Origin: Thermodesulfobacteriota bacterium
GTDB taxonomy: Bacteria > Desulfobacterota > Desulfobacteria > Desulfobacterales > SURF-7
Length of the DNA: 64,000 nt
Direction of reading: 5' to 3'
Assembly: GCA_049320885.1 (NCBI GenBank)
Contig: JBMORA010000042.1
Span: forward strand, 27,134 to 91,133
Shown here: positions 49,910 to 59,913 of the stretch, piece by piece
Numbering within the stretch: position 1 is the stretch's first letter
Layout of the letters: each line of letters starts with the position of its first letter
The notes under the pieces: model-generated
What the model saw: only the letters and a program-made list of their open reading frames with translations
Databases searched by the model: none
What the model was told of the DNA's origin: nothing
Made by a program: the position numbers and the translations under genes

Positions 49910-51112
49910 GTGAGGGAATCCGATCAGCAATACACACCCCTGCCCGAAATCCGGTCCCGCGTGGACCGGCTTCAAGACCGGCTGCGGCGGCAAGACATTA
50001 CGGGCGCCCTGATTCTGCAGAATTCCGATCTTTTCTATTTCAGCGGCACCGCTCAACAGGCCCAGCTTTATATTCCAGCGGACGGTGAACCCATATTGAT
50101 GGTCCGCAAGGATCTGAATCGCGCCTCCGTGGAATCACCCTTGGCCCATATCGAGCCCATCAACAGCCCCCGGCAGATACCGGCAATTCTGAAGCGATAC
50201 GGATTCGACCTTCCCGCCCGGCTGGGGCTGGAATGCGATGTCCTGCCGGCCAACCTATACCTGGGATTTCAGGACCTGTTTGCTCCGGGGAAGCTGCTGG
50301 ACATCTCCACGGACATCCGTATGCTCCGGGCGGTTAAATCCGAATATGAAATCGAGCGGCTGAGGAAGGCGGTGCGCTTGTCGGACCGTCTGGCCGATGC
50401 GGTTCCGGCCTTGCTGCGGGAAGGCATGACCGAAATCGAACTGGCCGGGCTTATCGAGGCCACGGCCCGCAAATGGGGCCATCAGGGCATCATCCGCATG
50501 CGCCTGTGGGGCAGTGAGCTGTTCTATGGCCATGTCATGGCGGGAGCATCCGCGGCCGCTCCCAGCTATCTGTCTTCGCCCACCGGCGGAATCGGCGTGA
50601 ACCCGGCCGTAGCCCAGGGTTCCAGCCTGCAACCCATTGCACCCCATGTGCCGGTGCTGGTCGATTTTGTATTTGCCCTGGACGGATATCTCTCCGATCA
50701 TACCCGAATTTTTTCCATCGGTGAACTTCCGGATGATCTGGTCACGGCCCATAAGGCCATGCTCACCATACAGGAGCTGATCAAACAGACAGCCAGACCC
50801 GGAATCTCCTGCGGCCGGCTTTACGAGGCCGCCCTTGAAAAAGCCGCCGACCTGGGGCTGGCCGACCATTTCATGGGATCAGGAAAGCAACGCATCCGTT
50901 TCGTGGGCCATGGAATCGGTCTGGAGCTGGATGAATTTCCCTTTTTGGCCAAAGGCCAGGAAATGACGCTGACCGCCGGGATGATCATCGCCCTGGAGCC
51001 CAAAGCCGTTTTTGAAAAAAGAGGCGTGGTCGGCATCGAAAACACCCATCTGGTGACCGAATCCGGCCTGGAGCAATTCGGCAGGTTCCAGGAGGATATC
51101 GTCATCGTCTGA
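49910..51112 (+). CDS. M24 Xaa-Pro peptidase-family protein
   Basis: Creatinase-like N-domain; D...SD.TR, GHGIGL, EP and GIEN metal ligands. Confidence 0.88.
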   Translation: MRESDQQYTPLPEIRSRVDRLQDRLRRQDITGALILQNSDLFYFSGTAQQAQLYIPADGEPILMVRKDLNRASVESPLAHIEPINSPRQIPAILKRYGFDLPARLGLECDVLPANLYLGFQDLFAPGKLLDISTDIRMLRAVKSEYEIERLRKAVRLSDRLADAVPALLREGMTEIELAGLIEATARKWGHQGIIRMRLWGSELFYGHVMAGASAAAPSYLSSPTGGIGVNPAVAQGSSLQPIAPHVPVLVDFVFALDGYLSDHTRIFSIGELPDDLVTAHKAMLTIQELIKQTARPGISCGRLYEAALEKAADLGLADHFMGSGKQRIRFVGHGIGLELDEFPFLAKGQEMTLTAGMIIALEPKAVFEKRGVVGIENTHLVTESGLEQFGRFQEDIVIV

Positions 51113-51131
51113 CCCCTTGCAGGGACTGCAT

Positions 51132-54100
51132 TCAAATCATTTGTTGGATTTCCGTCCAAAGGGTTTCCAGACGCTTGGCGGAAACCGGCACCGGTGTTTT
51201 TAATTCCTGGGCGAAGACGGATACTTTGAATTCCTGGAGCAACCAGAAAAAATCTTCGATCTTTTGCCGTTTTTCCCGGGAAGTTTTTGGGGAAATCGAT
51301 GGAAGCAGGGTGTTCAATTGCTCCTCGTATGGTCTGATTTCCGCCTCCTTGCTCCGTTCTTTTTCAAAGTTGGCGAGACCGCGCCGGAATCGGATCGCCA
51401 GGGCCTTCATATATCTGGTCAGATGGTTCATCCGCTGGGCGTCATACAGATGGACAAAATTTTCCGGCATCAGCCGGTCGAGGTCCCGCCGCATGGTATT
51501 GACAAACGCCTCCATCAGTGGGGATCGCGGCCGGTTTTGCTCATTGGAGAGGGCGGCGGCGGTTTCACCGTATTCCCGCAGTACCGGTATCACCCGATCC
51601 AGCAGCTGTTTTCCGGCCTCCTGTATGGAAGGTTTTACGGTTTCGGCATGGGTCTCGAACGCAACCCGGGACCGGATATTCCGGGCGAACAGGTCGTCGC
51701 AGATCCGCTCGAACAGTTGGGAGGTAAGCGGCTTGACGCCGCCGAAAGCGGTTGCCGCCGCACCCACCATAGACGGCAGCACCAGATTTCTTCTCAAAAA
51801 TTTCAGTTCCTTTGAAAAATGAAGCTGAAAAAGTAACCGGGTCCCTTGCAGGTGGGAGTCCATGGCGGCATCCGGATGCTCAAACAGACGGAGGTTGACC
51901 GATGCATCCGCTTTTTCCAGGCCCGGGTAGAGGATCATCTCCATACCGTCTTCCAGCTCCAGGCGGATGCTTTCAGGCAGATCAGGAAAATCCCAGCCGA
52001 TGCATCCGGTTTGCTCCCATTTCCTTTTCGCCTCGCTCAGCGCATCACATTCCAGATCCAAAGGAAGGCTCTGCCGCAGGAGCTGCTTATCCCTGCCGCT
52101 GAGCAGCTCTTTTCCGGAAGGAGCGGTCAGGGCGATGCGCATTTCCAGATGTTCGGGAAGTTTCACTTCCGACCAGACGGAAGCCGGAATTGCCAAACGA
52201 AAACGCTCCCGCACGAACCGGCTGAGCATCGTCGGAAGCGCCCCGGTCCCGCGGGGCATTTCCCGAAGAATCAGATTCACGGTTTCTCCCACCGGCACCA
52301 GCAAGCGGCGGTGCTCTTTGGGGAGTCCTTTGATCATGGCGGTGATTTTTTCCTTCAGCAACCCGGGAACCAGCCAGTCGATGGCATCGGGAGACACGCG
52401 GGAAGAGAGTTGAGCCGGAATTTTCATGGTGACTCCGTCATCCGGCCTTCCCGGCCGGAAACGGTATTCACAGGCAAACCGTGATTGTCCGATCCGCACC
52501 TGCTCCGGGAAAAGTGCCAGCTCTTCCGGATCCGGAGCCCTGCGAAGCAGATCATCCATGGTCAGCATCAGAAAATCATCGCCCCCCTTCTCCCGGATCA
52601 TCCGCTTCAAACTGCGGATATCGCAAACCCCTTCCAGGCGATCCTGATAAAACTGGAACAAATCCTCGGGATGAATCAGCAATTCCCTGCGCCTGATCCG
52701 GTCCTCCATGTTCCGCACGGCTTCGACCTGCCGCCGGTTATGTTCCATGAACGGAAAAGATGAGCGCAGATCCTCTTCCACCAGCGCGCTGCGGATAAAG
52801 ATCCGGGACGCCTCCTCCGGCTGGATCGGACCATAGGAAACCGTCCGGTTGGCGACGATGATCAGACCGAAAAGGCTTACCTGCTCACTGGCCACGACCT
52901 CTCCGCGACTCCGCTCCCAGTGAGGATCCTGGTAGACACGGCGGCATTGGTCGCCTCCCAGGGTTTCCAGCCATTCGGGTTCGATACCCGCCACGGTCCG
53001 GGCAAACAAGCGCGATGTTTCGATGATTTCCGCCGCCACCATCCAGGATGGCCCTTTGTTGTAGAGGGACGATCCCGGGAAAATCATGACTTCCCGCCCC
53101 TTGGCCGCCCGGTAGCTGTTTTTTTCCTTCTTTGTACCAATGTTGGCGAGATATCCGCTCAGAATGGACTGATGGACGGCCGTATAACGGGCATTGGGAG
53201 AATGGGACCGCGGGGTTTCCGTTTCCCGCCCGTTTTCCGAAGGCAGTTCAAATCCTTGTTCCTGGAGCAGGGCGCCGATCTGTTCCTGCAGGTCGCTCCA
53301 TTCCCGCATGCGCCTGTAGGAAAGAAAATGAGCGCGGCAAAACCGTCTTATCTGGCTCACGGACGCGCCCGCTCCGGCTATTTTCCGCCAGGCATCCCAG
53401 ATATTCATCAAGGTAAAAAAATCAGAGGCCGGATCCGCGAATACCGCCTGGGCCCGGTCGGCTTCCTCTTCTTTATCCGCCGGCCGTTCCCGGGGATCCG
53501 AAAGGCTCAGCGCCGAGGCGATGACCATCATTTCCCGGAGGCATCCTTTCCGGCGCGCTTCGATGAGCATAGCCGAAAGCCTCGGATCCAGCGGGATATC
53601 GGCCATCATGCTGCCTTTCGGAGTCAGGCGATAGCGGTTTCCCTGTTTCCTTCCCCCGGTGTTATCCTTCAAGGCAACGGCTCCGAGTTCGGTGAGCAGA
53701 TCATATCCGTCCTGAATGCTTCGCGGGGGAGGAGCGTCGATAAACGGAAAACCGGATATGTCACCGATTTTAAGCGCCATCATGCGCAGGATTACCTCCG
53801 CCAGATTGGCGCGCAGGATTTCCGGAAGCGTATAGAGCTCCCGTTGCTCATAATCTTCCTCCGTAAACAGGCGGATGCAGGTGCCGTTTGCCACCCTGCC
53901 GCAACGGCCTTTGCGTTGATCCGCGCTGCTCCTGGATATCGGCAAGACCGGCAGGGAGGTCGTCCGGGAGCGCGGGGAGTATCTGGATATCCGCGCCAGG
54001 CCGGTATCCACGACGAAACGGATGCCGGGGATGGTGATGGAGGTTTCCGCCACATTGGTGGCCACGATGATCTTCCGGTTTTCCGAAGACCGGAAAACTT

Positions 54101-55106
54101 GGCCCTGCTCGGCGGCCGAAAGACGGGCGAACAGCGGCAAAACCGTGGCCCGGGCGCCTGAATTTCCGGACAGGATTTCGCAGGTTTCCCGGATATCGCG
54201 TTCAGTGGGCATGAACACCAGGATATCGCCGACGCGGCTCTCCTGGAGCAACCGGTTTACCGCCTTGACGGCGAGGTCGATATATGAAACCTCTTCGTCC
54301 ATATCATCCGCCGTTGGAGATTGGTAGCGGACTTCCACCGGATAGAGCCGGCCGGACACCTCGATGATCGGCGCGTTGGCGAAGGCGGCGGAAAACTTTT
54401 CCGTATCGATGGTGGCCGAAGTAATGATCAGCTTGAAATTCCGCCGGCGCTCCAGAATCGTTTTCAGGATGCCCAGGCAGAAATCGATATTCAGGCTGCG
54501 TTCGTGGGCTTCATCCACGATGATGGTGTCATATTCGTTGAGATACCGATCCTGCTGGGTTTCCGCCAGCAGGATGCCGTCGGTCATGATCTTGATGCAG
54601 GTGTCCCGGTGCAAGGTCTCATGAAACCGGATTTTATACCCCACCGACTTGCCGACGGGTTCCTTCAACTCCTCGGCGATTCTTTTGGCCACGGTGACAG
54701 CGGCAATTCTTCTCGGCTGGGTGCATCCGATCCTCCCCTGCACCCCTCTTCCGGCCGCCAGGCAGAATTTCGGAATCTGGGTGGTTTTGCCGGAACCGGT
54801 TTCCCCCGCGATGATCACCACCGGGTGGTTTTGAATGGACTGGACAATGTCGTCCATCCGCCGGATTATCGGTAAATCCGGGGGATAGCTCAATTCCGGC
54901 AGGTTTCGCCGCCTTTCATCCCTCCTCTTTATGGAGGCCAGCATCCGCCGTTTAGCGGCTTCAACGGCTTTCAGCGCATCCGAATGTTCTCCCCGGTCAA
55001 TCATGTTGCGGATCAACGCCAGTTCCCGTTTCATTTTGGGGAAGTCCGAACAGAGCACCTCCGGGAGGAGTGCTGCCAATTTTTTCATTGCGGCGGAGGT
55101 CGCCAT
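51132..55106 (-). CDS. hrpA: ATP-dependent RNA helicase HrpA
   Basis: GETGSGKTTQ, TQPRR, DEAHER, SAT, ATNVAETS, QRKGRCGR; C-terminal FAQELKT. Confidence 0.95.
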   Translation of the reverse strand: MATSAAMKKLAALLPEVLCSDFPKMKRELALIRNMIDRGEHSDALKAVEAAKRRMLASIKRRDERRRNLPELSYPPDLPIIRRMDDIVQSIQNHPVVIIAGETGSGKTTQIPKFCLAAGRGVQGRIGCTQPRRIAAVTVAKRIAEELKEPVGKSVGYKIRFHETLHRDTCIKIMTDGILLAETQQDRYLNEYDTIIVDEAHERSLNIDFCLGILKTILERRRNFKLIITSATIDTEKFSAAFANAPIIEVSGRLYPVEVRYQSPTADDMDEEVSYIDLAVKAVNRLLQESRVGDILVFMPTERDIRETCEILSGNSGARATVLPLFARLSAAEQGQVFRSSENRKIIVATNVAETSITIPGIRFVVDTGLARISRYSPRSRTTSLPVLPISRSSADQRKGRCGRVANGTCIRLFTEEDYEQRELYTLPEILRANLAEVILRMMALKIGDISGFPFIDAPPPRSIQDGYDLLTELGAVALKDNTGGRKQGNRYRLTPKGSMMADIPLDPRLSAMLIEARRKGCLREMMVIASALSLSDPRERPADKEEEADRAQAVFADPASDFFTLMNIWDAWRKIAGAGASVSQIRRFCRAHFLSYRRMREWSDLQEQIGALLQEQGFELPSENGRETETPRSHSPNARYTAVHQSILSGYLANIGTKKEKNSYRAAKGREVMIFPGSSLYNKGPSWMVAAEIIETSRLFARTVAGIEPEWLETLGGDQCRRVYQDPHWERSRGEVVASEQVSLFGLIIVANRTVSYGPIQPEEASRIFIRSALVEEDLRSSFPFMEHNRRQVEAVRNMEDRIRRRELLIHPEDLFQFYQDRLEGVCDIRSLKRMIREKGGDDFLMLTMDDLLRRAPDPEELALFPEQVRIGQSRFACEYRFRPGRPDDGVTMKIPAQLSSRVSPDAIDWLVPGLLKEKITAMIKGLPKEHRRLLVPVGETVNLILREMPRGTGALPTMLSRFVRERFRLAIPASVWSEVKLPEHLEMRIALTAPSGKELLSGRDKQLLRQSLPLDLECDALSEAKRKWEQTGCIGWDFPDLPESIRLELEDGMEMILYPGLEKADASVNLRLFEHPDAAMDSHLQGTRLLFQLHFSKELKFLRRNLVLPSMVGAAATAFGGVKPLTSQLFERICDDLFARNIRSRVAFETHAETVKPSIQEAGKQLLDRVIPVLREYGETAAALSNEQNRPRSPLMEAFVNTMRRDLDRLMPENFVHLYDAQRMNHLTRYMKALAIRFRRGLANFEKERSKEAEIRPYEEQLNTLLPSISPKTSREKRQKIEDFFWLLQEFKVSVFAQELKTPVPVSAKRLETLWTEIQQMI

Positions 55107-55453
55107 TGTTACATTTCCCGTTCTGACCTATGTCTTGTCGCCGTCCATGTCCTAACGGCGGATCGATGGAATTGATCGAAAATTCGCAGTTGCTTTATAA
55201 AACCGCCGTGGAAAAAATCAAGCCAAAGTTGACGGTCGGCATGCAAGGCAAAAGAGTCCCTTTTGTTATTCGGGAATATCGGCACGCTCCGGCAGGAATG
55301 CTGGCATTTCAAGCTCCCACTCATGCCGCGGGAGAAGAGGTCCTGCCGGGGAGAAGGAATCGAAACCAACTGAACACATGACTTTTTGACAAGAATATAA
55401 TATGATATATATCATTTTGCCATAAGGATTACAACTCCGGCAAAGGAGTATCT

Positions 55454-56587
55454 ATGCGCCTGGCAAGGCGGGGACAGGGAAAAAGTTTGGTGCTGGCGGG
55501 CGGAGGACACGCCCATCTGGCAATCCTGGCCGACCTCGCTGGAATCCTTTCCAGGGGGCATTCCGTGACAGTCATCGGCCCATCGCCGTATCATTATTAT
55601 TCCGGTATGGGCCCGGGCGCCCTGGGAGGATCTTACCGCCCGGAAGAAATCCGCTTCGCCATCCGTCGGATCGTGGAAAAACAAGGCGGCAGATTCCTGA
55701 CCGGCGAAGTGCTCCGCATCGACCCCGAGGTACGGACGGTTTTCATGGAAACCGGAGAGACCTGCGCCTATGATGTCATTTCATTCAATACCGGCAGTCA
55801 TGTCCCCCCAACAAATCTGACCGTCGAAAATACGCCGGTCATCGCCGTCAAACCGATTGAAAACCTGATCCGGGCAAGGCAGCTGTTGTCCGAGCAGCTG
55901 GATCGGAAACAACTCGCAGTTGGAATTGTCGGCGGAGGGCCATCCGCAGCGGAAATCGCCGGCAATGTTCTGCAATTGGGGAAATCCCAGGGAAAACGAT
56001 TTTCATCCGTGCGGATATTCTCCGGAACCCGCTTCATGGACCGTTTCCCCGCGGAGGTTCGCAAAAGAGTCGAAACCGCCCTGACCCGACGCGGCATCGA
56101 TCTTGTCGAGTCCGGCCATGTCTCCGTCATTGAGAATGGTAACGTGTTGCTGGATTCCGGCAGGCGATATCCGGCGGATATCGTCTTCCTGGCCACCGGG
56201 GTCAAGCCGTCCCCCATCTTTTCCCGATCCGGTCTGCCCACCGGACCGGATGGCGGCCTGATAGTCAACCGCTATCTTCAATGTCCCGCTCATCCGGATA
56301 TTTTCGGCGGAGGGGACTGCATTCATTTTCAGGAACAACCCCTCGAAAAAGTGGGGGTGTACGCGGTGCGTCAAAACCCGGTGCTGCTGCACAACCTGAC
56401 GGCACAGCTGGATGGACGGGAACTGCGGCCTTTCGATCCGGGCGGAGCCTATCTGATGATTTTCAATCTGGGCGAAGGTCTGGGAGTGTTGCACAAGAAG
56501 CGTCTGGTTTTCAGCGGTAGAACGGCCTTCTGGATCAAAGACCGAATCGACCGCGGTTTTATGAAAAAATGGAAGGCCATGGAATAG
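55454..56587 (+). CDS. FAD-dependent pyridine nucleotide-disulfide oxidoreductase (type resembling the SelD-associated domain)
   Basis: LAGGGHAH, YYSGM, VGGGPSAAE, GGDC, GVYAVRQ and WIKDRIDRGFM; AAGGAG RBS. Confidence 0.85.
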   Translation: MRLARRGQGKSLVLAGGGHAHLAILADLAGILSRGHSVTVIGPSPYHYYSGMGPGALGGSYRPEEIRFAIRRIVEKQGGRFLTGEVLRIDPEVRTVFMETGETCAYDVISFNTGSHVPPTNLTVENTPVIAVKPIENLIRARQLLSEQLDRKQLAVGIVGGGPSAAEIAGNVLQLGKSQGKRFSSVRIFSGTRFMDRFPAEVRKRVETALTRRGIDLVESGHVSVIENGNVLLDSGRRYPADIVFLATGVKPSPIFSRSGLPTGPDGGLIVNRYLQCPAHPDIFGGGDCIHFQEQPLEKVGVYAVRQNPVLLHNLTAQLDGRELRPFDPGGAYLMIFNLGEGLGVLHKKRLVFSGRTAFWIKDRIDRGFMKKWKAME

Positions 56588-56600
56588 TTGTCATTCGGTT

Positions 56601-57365
56601 TCAGCGCATGTCCGATGGTATTTTCCTTTGATGCCGCAACGTGACCGGCGCAGCGGTTTGTTTGCGAATGCGCAGGTTCAAGACTTCCACAAAAACCGAG
56701 AAAGCCATGGAAAAATAAATATAGCCTTTGGGAATGTGAAAATCGAATCCCTCGCCCACCAGGGAGAATCCGATCAGCAGCAGAAAGCTCAATGCCAGAA
56801 TTTTGATCGTGGGATGTTTTTCCACAAAGCTGCTGATCCTGCCCGCCATCAGAACCATCACCAACACGGCGATGACGATGGCGGCCACCATGACGCCGAC
56901 CTGTTCCGCCAGACCGATGGCGGTTATAACGGAATCAATGGAAAAAACGATATCCAGCAGCCCGATCTGGAATACCACTCCGGCAAAGGAGTGAATGGTC
57001 TGCCGGCTCTTTCCCGCGCCGTGGGACTCCTCGCCCTCGAGATTGTTGTGGATCTCCAGGGTGCTTTTCCCCAGCAGAAAGAGACCACCGAGAATCAGAA
57101 TCAAATCCCGCCCGGATATGGTCATCGTGAAAACCGTAAAGAGGGGCTCCGTCAGCTTCATGATCAGCGTGATGGAGAGCAACAGGATGATCCGGGTGAG
57201 CATGGCCACCGCGAGTCCGACGTTGCGCCCCCGGGCCTGCTGATCCGGGGGGAGCTTGGCGGCGATGATGGCGATGAAAATGATGTTATCGATTCCGAGA
57301 ACAATTTCAAGGGCCGTCAAGGTAACCAGCGCCAGCCAGACATGGGGGTCCGTCAGCCAGTGCAT
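56601..57365 (-). CDS. TerC-family membrane protein
   Basis: LEIVLGIDN, GRDLIL.GGLFL, DIVFSIDSVITA and HIPKGYIY; start at MHWLTDP. Confidence 0.93.
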   Translation of the reverse strand: MHWLTDPHVWLALVTLTALEIVLGIDNIIFIAIIAAKLPPDQQARGRNVGLAVAMLTRIILLLSITLIMKLTEPLFTVFTMTISGRDLILILGGLFLLGKSTLEIHNNLEGEESHGAGKSRQTIHSFAGVVFQIGLLDIVFSIDSVITAIGLAEQVGVMVAAIVIAVLVMVLMAGRISSFVEKHPTIKILALSFLLLIGFSLVGEGFDFHIPKGYIYFSMAFSVFVEVLNLRIRKQTAAPVTLRHQRKIPSDMR

Positions 57366-57583
57366 TTGAGTCCTCTTTCGATCTGTTGGTATCCCGGACC
57401 GGGCATGCCGTGACCGGGGGATTGGGTTATTTTTCAAGGGAAGCGGCGGACATCGGAAGACACGATAGCGGAACAAGGGGCAAGTTGACAAGTGCAAATT
57501 CGGCAGAATCGTCAGAAAACAGCCGGCAATACCCATCCCCGGCGCCGGGCGACGATCTATCCCAGTTCAGCGATCCCGCCGCA

Positions 57584-57612
57584 TTGACAGGAGTCCGGAT
57601 CGTTGATAGGTT
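57584..57612 (+). promoter_or_regulatory. Putative sigma70 promoter for the selenoprotein gene
   Basis: TTGACA, 17 nt, TAGGTT with TG extension. Confidence 0.45.
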
Positions 57613-57700
57613 TATGTTGCTCTGCCGCCCTGATGCTCAGTCAAATCGGCGCGGCCGGGGCCCGAAACCATTCCATAATTTGGTGAAAGGAGTAATCGCC

Positions 57701-57928
57701 ATGACCCAATCGGTTCAGATTTTCGGTAAAAATACCTGACCATTCACAACGGCGGCCCGGGAGGCGCTCGCCAAGCAAGGCAAGCAGGTGCTGTATCACA
57801 ATGTCCTTGAGGACGAGGAAAAAATGCAACTGATGCTGCGCTATTCGGACGGACGGCGTAAAGTGCCCGTCATCGTGGAAGGAGACCAGGTCACCATCGG
57901 TTTCCACGGGAAAGCCTGAGGGGTATGA
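57701..57928 (+). CDS. Glutaredoxin-like selenoprotein with two Sec codons (UXX-star-type), 75 aa
   Basis: AAAGGAG RBS; MTQSVQIFGKNT-U-PFT...RKVPVIVEGDQVTIGFHGKA-U-GV-stop; TGA at 57737 and 57917, each followed by a stem-loop; absent from the ORF track. Confidence 0.85.
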
Positions 57929-58011
57929 TGATCACGGTTGGATACCGTGGATGGGAATCGAAATCATTTAACGTCAAGTTCTGCGTTGTTTCGCAGGGGA
58001 ATTGAAGCACC

Positions 58012-58665
58012 ATGAGGGAAAAGCAGTTTCTGATCGATGAACTGAAAGTCGAAGAGTCCTGGCGGCTGTTCAAAATCTTGGGAGAGTTCGTCGAAGGCAT
58101 TGAAAGTCTGCACGATATCGGGCCGGCTGTCAGCATTTTCGGGTCCGCCAGGATCAAGCCCAAGGATCCGGTTTACAAAAAAACCGAAGCCCTCGCCTCC
58201 CTGCTGGCCCAAAACGGTTTCTGTGTGATCACCGGCGGAGGCGGAGGCGTGATGGAAGCGGCCAACAAGGGGGCTGCCGCCGCGGGTGGAAAGTCCATTG
58301 GACTGAATATCGTGCTGCCGTTTGAGCAAAAGCCCAATCCGTATGCCAATCTTCAACTCGAATTCAAATATTTTTTCATCCGCAAGGTCATGTTTGTCAA
58401 ATACGCCCAGGCCTATATCATCATGCCCGGGGGGCTCGGGACCCTGGACGAACTTTTCGAGGCGGTTACCCTCATTCAGACCCGCCGGATCAAACCCTTC
58501 CCCGTCATCCTGGTGGGTTCCGATCACTGGTCCGGTTTGATGGACTGGATCAAGGCCCAGCTGATCAGCCATCAGTTGATTTCAAAAGAGGATCTGGATA
58601 TATTTCAAATCCTGGATGAGCCCGAGGAAATCGTCAAAACCCTGAAAAAGACCGTCATTGTCTGA
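58012..58665 (+). CDS. LOG-family nucleotide phosphoribohydrolase (Rossmann fold)
   Basis: IFGSAR, TGGGGGVMEA, FFIRK.MF and PGGLGTLDE. Confidence 0.92.
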   Translation: MREKQFLIDELKVEESWRLFKILGEFVEGIESLHDIGPAVSIFGSARIKPKDPVYKKTEALASLLAQNGFCVITGGGGGVMEAANKGAAAAGGKSIGLNIVLPFEQKPNPYANLQLEFKYFFIRKVMFVKYAQAYIIMPGGLGTLDELFEAVTLIQTRRIKPFPVILVGSDHWSGLMDWIKAQLISHQLISKEDLDIFQILDEPEEIVKTLKKTVIV

Positions 58666-58680
58666 CATCCAGGGGATTCC

Positions 58681-59853
58681 ATGGAAACAACCCATCAGAT
58701 ATATTATACTTCCTCCATCGACATGCGGATGGTGAAACCGGAAAGCATCGATCTGCTGGTCACCTCCCCGCCCTACCCAATGATCGAGATGTGGGATGAG
58801 GTGTTCATTTCCCAGGACAAGAATATCCGCACACAGCTGAAAGATTGCCAGCCCTGGACTGCTTTTGAAAACATGCACCGGCTCCTCGACAAGGTCTGGG
58901 ATGAAGCCTGGCGCACCCTGAAACCCGGCGGATTTGTCTGCATCAATATCGGCGATGCCGCGCGCACCATCGCCGACCATTTCGCACTGTACCCGAACCA
59001 TGCCCGCATCCTGACCTGCCTGATCCGGCTGGGATTCACCCCCCTGCCGGTGATCCTGTGGCGCAAGCAAACCAACGCCCCGAACAAATTCATGGGATCG
59101 GGAATGCTGCCGGCCGGGGCCTATGTCACCCTGGAACACGAATACGTCCTCATCGCCCGCAAGAAAGGCAAACGACTGTTTGCCGACGACGATCAGAAAG
59201 CCGCCCGCAGCGGCAGCGCCATTTTCTGGGAGGAACGCAACGACTGGTTTTCGGATGTCTGGATGGATCTCAAAGGAACGGTCCAAAAGCTCGGCGATGA
59301 CACGGTCCGCAAGCGCAGCGGCGCCTTTCCCTTCGAGTTGCCCTACCGGCTGATCAGCATGTTTTCCGTGAAAGGCGATACGGTCCTGGACCCCTTCATG
59401 GGGTTAGGCACCACCATACTGGCGGCCATGGCCGCGGCCCGCAACAGCATCGGTTACGAACTGGCCGCCGACTTCCGGAGCACCGTCGAATCCCGGGTTG
59501 AAGGCGTCCTCGCCCTGGCCAATGAACGTATCGAAAAAAGACTGGAACAGCATCTCCGGTTTGTCCGGGAACGCCGGGAAAAAAACGGCGACTTCCGGCA
59601 TCAAAACCGGCATTACGGCTTCCCGGTGATCACCGGCCAGGAAAAAAACCTATTGATTCATTCTTTGAAGTCCGTGCGGCAGGAAAAGACCGACCGGTAC
59701 CGCGTCATTTACGACGAAACCCCCCAGCAGCGGTTTTGCGGTGATCCAGGCCCCAAGCCGGAATCCCCTTCCCCGGCGCAACCGCTGAAGCGGAAAGGCA
59801 GGCCGGTCCGATCTTCGGCCTCGAAACAACAGCAGCTGACCTTGCTGGATTGA
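58681..59853 (+). CDS. Beta-class amino DNA methyltransferase (N4-C/N6-A), apparently orphan
   Basis: Catalytic TSPPY near the N-terminus precedes SAM-binding DPFMGLGTT. Confidence 0.9.
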   Translation: METTHQIYYTSSIDMRMVKPESIDLLVTSPPYPMIEMWDEVFISQDKNIRTQLKDCQPWTAFENMHRLLDKVWDEAWRTLKPGGFVCINIGDAARTIADHFALYPNHARILTCLIRLGFTPLPVILWRKQTNAPNKFMGSGMLPAGAYVTLEHEYVLIARKKGKRLFADDDQKAARSGSAIFWEERNDWFSDVWMDLKGTVQKLGDDTVRKRSGAFPFELPYRLISMFSVKGDTVLDPFMGLGTTILAAMAAARNSIGYELAADFRSTVESRVEGVLALANERIEKRLEQHLRFVRERREKNGDFRHQNRHYGFPVITGQEKNLLIHSLKSVRQEKTDRYRVIYDETPQQRFCGDPGPKPESPSPAQPLKRKGRPVRSSASKQQQLTLLD

Positions 59854-59913
59854 AACGGGGAGGGCATACCGGCGGCGAAAAAATTCCCCATGGACCTGAA
59901 AGGAAGATCACTG

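Noticed and set aside
57366..57560. yybP-ykoY (Mn) riboswitch expected upstream of terC
   Set aside because: I could not find the conserved GGGGAGUA-type core on the minus strand; an Rfam scan would settle it.
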